Sequence record: SRR31156797_3768
DNA: 64,000 bases
Direction: 5' to 3' (one strand)
Made by a program: the position numbers and the translations under genes. Positions 57,619 to 64,000 of this stretch are shown here, one piece after another. Position 1 is the stretch's first letter. Every line of letters begins with the position of its first letter. The notes beneath the pieces are model-generated. The model was not told where the DNA came from. It saw nothing but the letters and a program-made list of their open reading frames with translations, and did not search any database.

Positions 57619-58702
57619 TACAGCAACTTTTCTCGCCCAATTAGGCAATCATTCGGATCAGCAAACCGGGGCGATCAGTCCGCCAATTTATCTTTCCACG
57701 ACCTTTGCACATCCTGAATTGGGGCAAAGTACCGGCTATGATTATACTAGGACCAAAAATCCGACCCGGGATATTTTAGAAGCAGGCCTTGCCGAATTAG
57801 AAAAAGGGGCTCGGGCAGTAGTGACCAGCTCTGGCATGAGTGCGATCGCTTTGATTTTTGATTTATTTGCCAGCGGCAGCCGCTTTTTGGTTTCTCGTGA
57901 CTTGTACGGCGGTAGCTTTCGCTATTTTGCGGAACTGGAAAATAGCCAGCGGGCCTTTTTCGATACCTTCAGTACTTTAGCCGAATTAAGTGAAAAATTA
58001 ACTGACGAGGTAACGGCTGTCTTCTTAGAGACCCCGACGAATCCTTTGATGACCGTGACGGATATTGCTGAAACCGCCAAGCTTGCTCACGAACAGGGGG
58101 CGCTATTGATCGTAGATAATACCTTTTTGACGCCCTTACGGCAGTTGCCCTTAGAAGATGGCGCGGATCTAGTGATCCATTCAGGTACCAAGTTCTTATC
58201 TGGTCACAATGATATTTTGGCAGGCGTCGTCATCGCAAAAGATGCGCAGCTGGGGGAGCGTTTGAACTATTTAGCCAATACTTCTGGCCCTACCTTGAGC
58301 AGCTTTGATACGTGGTTATTTATTCGTAGTTTAAAGACGCTGCCATTGCGCTTTGAACGGCAGGAAGCCAACGCCAAGGAAGTCGGCCGCTTTTTACGAG
58401 CCCATCCGGCGATCAAAGAGGTGCTTTATCCGAACGCCGGCGCGATGATCAGTATTCGGGTGCTTGATGAAACCAAAATCAGCGGCTTTTTAGCAGCATT
58501 ACAGGTCTTTACCTTTGCGGAAAGCCTAGGTGGTGTGGAAAGTCTCATCACGTATCCAACGACACAGACCCACGCGGATATTCCTCAAGAGGTACGAGAA
58601 TCTTATGGGTTGACGCCGGATCTTTTACGGATCTCCATTGGGATCGAAAGTAGTAAAGATTTGATCGATGACTTAGAAAATGCACTGAAGATATTCAAAT
58701 AA
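57608..58702 (+). CDS. metI: Cystathionine gamma-synthase (MetI/MetB family)
   Basis: YDYTRTKNPTR, SSGMSAI, ETPTNP, VDNTF, HSGTKFLSGHND, AESLGGVESL; start re-set to 57608. Confidence 0.88.
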   Translation: MTIDTATFLAQLGNHSDQQTGAISPPIYLSTTFAHPELGQSTGYDYTRTKNPTRDILEAGLAELEKGARAVVTSSGMSAIALIFDLFASGSRFLVSRDLYGGSFRYFAELENSQRAFFDTFSTLAELSEKLTDEVTAVFLETPTNPLMTVTDIAETAKLAHEQGALLIVDNTFLTPLRQLPLEDGADLVIHSGTKFLSGHNDILAGVVIAKDAQLGERLNYLANTSGPTLSSFDTWLFIRSLKTLPLRFERQEANAKEVGRFLRAHPAIKEVLYPNAGAMISIRVLDETKISGFLAALQVFTFAESLGGVESLITYPTTQTHADIPQEVRESYGLTPDLLRISIGIESSKDLIDDLENALKIFK

Positions 58703-58752
58703 CCCGACCACAGATCAGCTAGTTAAAAACTTACTTTTGTAGAGTAATTTTA

Positions 58753-58781
58753 TTGACAGTTTTAGTTGTATAGGATAAAGT
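58753..58781 (+). promoter_or_regulatory. Putative promoter for the metQ leader
   Basis: TTGACA-17-TAAAGT. Confidence 0.55.
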
Positions 58782-58957
58782 TACACTACATATGAATAGT
58801 GAGTCCGATGTTTTCGGTTGACGGCAACAGGCATTTGCCATTTCTCCTTTGAAAAAACAATTTGTTTTGAGAAACAGAGGTGAAATTGGTCTAGTTGAGC
58901 AATACGTCAAGAAAACGGGACGATTGATCTGAGGAGGGAACAAAAGGGGAAAAAGGG

Positions 58958-59788
58958 ATGAAAAGAAACGTAGTAAAGGGATTGGCAACAGGGGCTCTTG
59001 GATTGCTGGCATTGTTCAGCTTCGCCGCTTGCGGCAGCAGTCAAGCAGATGAGGAAGCCACCGTTGTCAAATTGGGTGTCGTGGGTGAGCAAAACGAAGC
59101 CTGGGAACATGTGCAGGAAGAATTGAAGGAAAACGAAAATATCGACTTGCAATTGGTGAAATTCACCGATTATCGTCAGCCAATCGTGGCGCTTGAGGAT
59201 GGCTCAATTGACCTTCACGCAGCATTGACGGAGATTTTTATGGACAATGTCAACGAAGAAAGTGGTTATTCCAACACGACGATTGCCTATACGACATTAA
59301 ACCCACTTGGTATTTATTCCGATAAAATCACCGATGTCAACGAATTGGCAGATGGTGCTACGGTGGCTTTACCCAATGATGTCTCAAATGAGAGCCGTGC
59401 ACTATTACTCTTACAGACCGCCGGTTTGATCACTTTGGATGAATCAAAAGGTTTACTGCCAACAACCAGTGATGTCATTGACAATCCCAAAGCCCTGAAA
59501 TTTGAGCTACTTGACTCCAATCAAACTGCTCGGGCAATGACCGATGTCGACATTTCTTTGATCAATAATGGCATGGCCGTCGATGCTGGTTTGGTTCCTA
59601 CAGAAGATGCGATTTTCTTAGAACCTGTGGCTGATTCCTCCAAGCCTTATTATAATGTGATCGCTGCGCGAGCAGACGAAGCAGACAATGACGTTTACCA
59701 AACGGTCGTTCGATATTATCAGACCGATGAAGTAAAAGCAATCATCGAGGAAGTAACAAAGAAATCTAGTATACCTGTATGGGAATAG
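58958..59788 (+). CDS. metQ: MetQ/NlpA family ABC substrate-binding lipoprotein
   Basis: Lipobox FAAC; FTDY.QP, PLGIYS.KI, PNDVSNESRALLLLQ.AGLI, PYYNVIA. Confidence 0.88.
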   Translation: MKRNVVKGLATGALGLLALFSFAACGSSQADEEATVVKLGVVGEQNEAWEHVQEELKENENIDLQLVKFTDYRQPIVALEDGSIDLHAALTEIFMDNVNEESGYSNTTIAYTTLNPLGIYSDKITDVNELADGATVALPNDVSNESRALLLLQTAGLITLDESKGLLPTTSDVIDNPKALKFELLDSNQTARAMTDVDISLINNGMAVDAGLVPTEDAIFLEPVADSSKPYYNVIAARADEADNDVYQTVVRYYQTDEVKAIIEEVTKKSSIPVWE

Positions 59789-59838
59789 AAAGTTAAAAAC
59801 GACTATTACTATATAGGAACAGGAAGTAGGATGGAAAA

Positions 59839-61419
59839 ATGATAAATTGGAAAAAAGGTTTAGCAAGTGTTGCCGTCGTTGGACTAGGATTTGTTCTAGC
59901 AGCCTGCGGTGGATCAAATACAGAAGAAACGTCAACCAGTAGTGCAGCTGGAGCTGGGGATGATTCAACATTCACTTATGCGATCAGCGGGGACCCATCG
60001 TCCACTAATCCGATCAACACCAGTGATCGTTGGGGATTGACAGTGACAAACATGATCTATTCTCCACTAGTTACAGTGGAAGCAGACGGAACAACACAAA
60101 ATGCGTTGGCAGAATCAGTGGAACCAGCTGAAGACGGCCTTTCATTGACAGTACATTTGAAACAAGATGTGAAATGGTCAGATGGCGAAGACTTTACCGC
60201 CGATGACGTTGTTTTCACATATGAACAAAAAGTCAAAAAAGAAAATGGCAATGCCGATTCCCTTTGGGTCGACGACCAACCAATCGCGATCGAAAAAGTG
60301 GATGAATACACCGTCAAATTCGTGTTGCCGACACCGAGTGCGGCAGCGATCAGCAATATTGCAACCGAAACATACATCATTCCCGAGCATATCTTTAAAG
60401 ATGTTACCGACTTCTCTGTCAGTGAACTGCCTGAAAAACCAGTCGGCACTGGTCCGTATCAACTGAAAGAATACAAACGTGGTGAGTACTTTACTTTTGA
60501 AGCCAATGAAAACTATTATGGCGGCAAGCCTTCGATTCAAAATGTGACGTTGCGCATCATCGAAAGTACCGATACTGCGAAAGTCGCTTTGCAAAAAGGG
60601 GAAGTGGATGCAGCCGTTGTCTTGCCTTCAGATATTGAAGACTTAGATGATGAGCAGATCTCTGTTTATCCTTATACTGAAAACCGTGTTGGTTATCTAG
60701 GCTTGAACACTCACTCAGATGCTTTGCAAGATGTGAAAGTTCGACAAGCAGTTCTCTATGCGTTGAACAAAGATGAATTAAATCAAGCAGCATATTTAGA
60801 TGAAGAGTATTATGCAACACCATATTCATTCTTGCCACCGAACAACCCATACGTCACTGATGATGTTGAAAAATATGAGACGAATGCTGAAAAAGCAAAA
60901 GAACTTTTACAAGAAGCTGGTGTGACTGATTTGTCATTGAATTTGGCTTTCAACTCAACCGATCCAGCCCAAACGATCCAAGCTACGTTGATCCAACAAC
61001 AATTGCAACAAGCAGGCATAACGGTTACACTTGAAGGTGGCGATGGTACAGCGATCTTTACCGAGTTGAAGAAACCTGATTCAACGAAGTACAACTTATT
61101 CCTTGGCGGGTATATCATGGGAAATGACCCTGACTTATACGGCAGTCTATTTGAAACTGGCGGTAGTGCCAACTACTTCCAAAGCAATAGCGAAACCATT
61201 GACAATTTGTTTGCCCAAGCAGCAGTTGAATTAGACACGGACAAACGTGAAGCATTGTATGATGATTTGCAAAAGGCCATTGCTGACGAAGCGATCATTT
61301 ACCCAATCGTTGACAACAAGAAAATCCTAGCGGTCAATAACCGAATTGGTAATGTAGAAGATGCAGGTTTGATCCCAATCTATACATTCGAAGATATGTC
61401 TAAATTGACAATCAAGTAA
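59839..61419 (+). CDS. Peptide/nickel ABC family 5 solute-binding lipoprotein
   Basis: Lipobox LAAC; LKQDVKWSDGEDFTADDV.FT, PVGTGPY, VRQA. Confidence 0.9.
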   Translation: MINWKKGLASVAVVGLGFVLAACGGSNTEETSTSSAAGAGDDSTFTYAISGDPSSTNPINTSDRWGLTVTNMIYSPLVTVEADGTTQNALAESVEPAEDGLSLTVHLKQDVKWSDGEDFTADDVVFTYEQKVKKENGNADSLWVDDQPIAIEKVDEYTVKFVLPTPSAAAISNIATETYIIPEHIFKDVTDFSVSELPEKPVGTGPYQLKEYKRGEYFTFEANENYYGGKPSIQNVTLRIIESTDTAKVALQKGEVDAAVVLPSDIEDLDDEQISVYPYTENRVGYLGLNTHSDALQDVKVRQAVLYALNKDELNQAAYLDEEYYATPYSFLPPNNPYVTDDVEKYETNAEKAKELLQEAGVTDLSLNLAFNSTDPAQTIQATLIQQQLQQAGITVTLEGGDGTAIFTELKKPDSTKYNLFLGGYIMGNDPDLYGSLFETGGSANYFQSNSETIDNLFAQAAVELDTDKREALYDDLQKAIADEAIIYPIVDNKKILAVNNRIGNVEDAGLIPIYTFEDMSKLTIK

Positions 61420-61426
61420 ATCCATT

Positions 61427-61466
61427 GGCTGTGATAAAGAGGAATCTTTTTTATCACAGCTTTTTT
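61427..61466 (+). terminator. Intercistronic hairpin after the SBP gene
   Basis: GCTGTGATAAAGAG-gaat-CTTTTTTATCACAGC-TTTTTT. Confidence 0.7.
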
Positions 61467-61491
61467 CTATGAAAAAGAAAGTAGGTCAGTT

Positions 61492-62451
61492 ATGTTTCGA
61501 TACATTGCAAAACGAGTATTGCAAGCAATCCCTTTGCTGTTTGTGATCTCTTTTATCGTTTTTTCACTTATACATATCGCACCGTATGATGTGATCGACT
61601 CCATCACGACACCCAATATGTCGCAAGAGCAAATCGATCTTTTGCGGCAGCGCTATGGCTTGGATCAACCCTTTTTGGTTCAATATTTTCTTTGGATCAG
61701 AAATATTCTTACCGGTAATCTTGGCTTTTCTTTGGTGTCTCAAAGTAGTATTTCACAAGAACTTGCGACTCGGATTCCCAATACCATGCGCTTAGTCATC
61801 CCCGCTTATTTGACTGCCTTGTTGTTGGCCATCATTTTGGGCCTGTTGGCTGCTGCCAACAAAGGAAAAATTTGGGATCGAATCATTGACGCTGTGGCAT
61901 CTCTAGGGATCGCTGTGCCGACCTTCTGGTTTGCGATGATCTTGATTTATGTATTTGGTTACTTATTAAATATGTTTCCAATCATTGGCATGTATACGGT
62001 CGGTAAAGAAGGGGATTTTGGCGATTTTCTGCAGCATTTTATTTTGCCTTATACCACATTGACAGTCGCCTTCTTTCCAGATTTGACGCGGTATATCCGC
62101 GCATCAGCGACACAACAAGTTTCAGAAGACTACGTGATGGTGCAACGGGCATTTCATGCCAGCAAATGGCAGATTTTCAGCCGTCATATTAGTCGAAATA
62201 TTTTGATTCCTGTTGTCACCCAAATCGGCTTGGCGTTGCCGATGTTAGTTACCGGTGCGATCATTACAGAAACGATCTACGGCTGGCCGGGCGTCGGCCC
62301 TTACTTGATGAGTGCGACGAAAAGCCTCGATTATCCTGTGATCATGGCCATCATGCTGTTGTCAGCAACACTGGTCATCTTAGGGAATTTGTTAGCGGAT
62401 GTATTATACTCCGTGGTTGATCCACGTATCCGTAAAGGAGGGAGTAAGTAA
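61492..62451 (+). CDS. Peptide ABC permease (OppB/DppB-like)
   Basis: YGLDQP, GNLGFS, P.FW, TETIYGWPGVG, DYPVI, VDPRIR. Confidence 0.92.
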   Translation: MFRYIAKRVLQAIPLLFVISFIVFSLIHIAPYDVIDSITTPNMSQEQIDLLRQRYGLDQPFLVQYFLWIRNILTGNLGFSLVSQSSISQELATRIPNTMRLVIPAYLTALLLAIILGLLAAANKGKIWDRIIDAVASLGIAVPTFWFAMILIYVFGYLLNMFPIIGMYTVGKEGDFGDFLQHFILPYTTLTVAFFPDLTRYIRASATQQVSEDYVMVQRAFHASKWQIFSRHISRNILIPVVTQIGLALPMLVTGAIITETIYGWPGVGPYLMSATKSLDYPVIMAIMLLSATLVILGNLLADVLYSVVDPRIRKGGSK

Positions 62452-63281
62452 TGAAACGTTTCAAAAAAATCAGTGAAGTCATGCTTGCTTCGCCCATCTA
62501 TACCTTTTCTGTCGTTTTCCTGACGTTATTGATTATTTTGTCGCTTGTTGCACCTTTGATCCCCATCGATCCTAATGCAACGGATGTCAGCAACATGTCA
62601 CAGCCGCCGAGTTGGTCTCATTTATTTGGAACCGATGAAGTGGGGCGAGATTACTTTATTCGGGTCGTCTACGGCGGTCGGGTATCATTGTTTGTAGGTG
62701 TTTTGGCAATGATCACAGCGACGTTTATTGGGACTCTTGTCGGTCTTGTTTCTGGCTACTTTGGCGGTTGGATCGACAACCTGCTGATGCGGCTCGTCGA
62801 TGTATTGTCATCGATTCCTTGGTTGGTGTTAGTGATCGTTTTGAGCGTCTTTTTACGTCCCGGACTAACCACGATTATTATTGTGATCGGTGGCTTCTCC
62901 TGGATGAACATCGCTCGTTTGATTCGTGGTGAAACGTTAGCGGCGAAAGAACGGGAATATGTCGCTTACGGGAAATTTATCGGACGTTCTTCATTTAGTA
63001 TTATCGTGAAGCATGTTTTCCCAGCAGTGCTTCCTACCTTGATCGTTGCGGCATCTGCAAGTATTTCAGGAGCGATCATGACCGAATCGGCTTTGAGTTT
63101 TCTAGGCTTAGGAATACAGCAACCGATGGCTTCGTGGGGCAGTCTGTTGCAAAACGCGCAAAACAGCTTGCAGCGGGCACCATACATGGCGATTCTTCCA
63201 GGGCTCTTTGTTATTTTCACCATCTATTCCTTTAACAATATCGGCGACATGATCAAACATGTCTTGCAGAGAGAGGTGTGA
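62451..63281 (+). CDS. Peptide ABC permease (OppC/DppC-like)
   Basis: HLFGTDEVGRD, GGRVSL, ESALSFLGLG, SWGSLL. Confidence 0.92.
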   Translation: MKRFKKISEVMLASPIYTFSVVFLTLLIILSLVAPLIPIDPNATDVSNMSQPPSWSHLFGTDEVGRDYFIRVVYGGRVSLFVGVLAMITATFIGTLVGLVSGYFGGWIDNLLMRLVDVLSSIPWLVLVIVLSVFLRPGLTTIIIVIGGFSWMNIARLIRGETLAAKEREYVAYGKFIGRSSFSIIVKHVFPAVLPTLIVAASASISGAIMTESALSFLGLGIQQPMASWGSLLQNAQNSLQRAPYMAILPGLFVIFTIYSFNNIGDMIKHVLQREV

Positions 63282-63284
63282 CCG

Positions 63285-64000
63285 ATGAAGACAGAGTTAT
63301 TAGCGATCGAAGCGTTGAATGTGACATTTCAAAGCAAAACCGGTCCGAAACCGTTAGTAAAAAATCTTGATCTGGTAATTCCTAAGGGCAAAGTCGTTGG
63401 GATCGTTGGCGAATCTGGCAGCGGCAAAAGTATGACCATGAAAAGCGTCATGGATCTTTTGCCTGATAAAGTGACCGATCACTATACCAGTTATACATTT
63501 GAAGGAACAGCAGTGACCGATCGTCGAACATTACCGATCGCCATGATTTTTCAAGACCCGATGACTTCGTTAAATCCTTTGCGCACGATTGGCTATCATT
63601 TGATCGAAGTGATTCGCCGCTCACAAAAAGTATCGAAAAAAGCAGCACAAGAAATCGCCGTCAAAGAGTTAGAAAAAGTCGGCATACCTTTTCCAGCACA
63701 ACGCATGAAACAATATCCTCATGAGCTATCTGGGGGGATGCGTCAGCGGGTGATGATTGCCATGGCTTTGTTGGCGCAACCGAAATTGCTGATCGCAGAT
63801 GAACCGACAACGGCTTTAGATGTGACGATCCAAGCACAGATTTTGGCATTGATCAAAAACCTGCAAAGAGAGAACCAGCTTTCCGTCGTCCTTGTGACCC
63901 ATGACTTTGGGGTCGTTGCAGGAATGTGCGACTTTATTAAAGTGATGTATCAAGGCCGAGTCGTGGAAGAAGGAACCACGGAAGAAATTTTTTATCAGCC
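63285..64000 (+). CDS. Peptide ABC ATP-binding subunit (OppD/DppD-like), runs off the window
   Basis: Translated by hand: MKTELLAIE..., GESGSGKS, IFQDPMTSLNP, YPHELSGGMRQR, IADEPTTALD, VTHDFG. Confidence 0.9.
   Translation, partial: MKTELLAIEALNVTFQSKTGPKPLVKNLDLVIPKGKVVGIVGESGSGKSMTMKSVMDLLPDKVTDHYTSYTFEGTAVTDRRTLPIAMIFQDPMTSLNPLRTIGYHLIEVIRRSQKVSKKAAQEIAVKELEKVGIPFPAQRMKQYPHELSGGMRQRVMIAMALLAQPKLLIADEPTTALDVTIQAQILALIKNLQRENQLSVVLVTHDFGVVAGMCDFIKVMYQGRVVEEGTTEEIFYQ

Noticed and set aside
58801-58850. SAM-I or SMK box before metQ (CGGCAAC...TGCCA resembles SAM-I P3)
   Set aside because: No AUC-AGA P1, kink-turn P2 or AGAU end; no UCCCGAAAGG/CCUUGUAAC SMK core.

Overview
A chromosomal, mostly core or metabolic 64-kb window from a low-GC Firmicute. 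Gene content and protein style suggest an Enterococcus of the casseliflavus/gallinarum type (inference). In order: a small SOS-boxed hypothetical gene; a nitroreductase; a yybP-ykoY riboswitch with its P-type ATPase; a moxR-DUF58-transglutaminase operon; a divergon of ROK regulator + CreE/FzmM-like flavoprotein versus a HAD phosphatase; a large high-mannose N-glycan/alpha-mannoside utilisation locus (GH92, GntR, GH125, GH38, ROK kinase, GH1, ABC, YesLMN); several transporters; yibE/F; a galactan-type gan locus with GH42; a lipoprotein fumarate-reductase-like flavoprotein; a Mn ABC importer whose permease and binding protein are fused; tatD-rnmV-rsmA; niaX; a C39 peptidase; a Met T-box metA-patB-metI operon; metQ; and an opp/dpp-like ABC cut off by the window end. 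I saw no CRISPR array, rRNA, tRNA, transposase, integrase or phage gene. The best novelty candidates are (1) an orphan aspartate N-oxygenase-like (CreE/FzmM) gene with no CreD partner, under a ROK regulator with a visible twin operator; (2) the EfaB-EfaA fusion; (3) unassigned structured leaders before metQ and yibE/F; (4) a LexA-boxed small gene and an unlisted 57-aa membrane protein. All family calls come from motif recognition by eye; no database searches were run.
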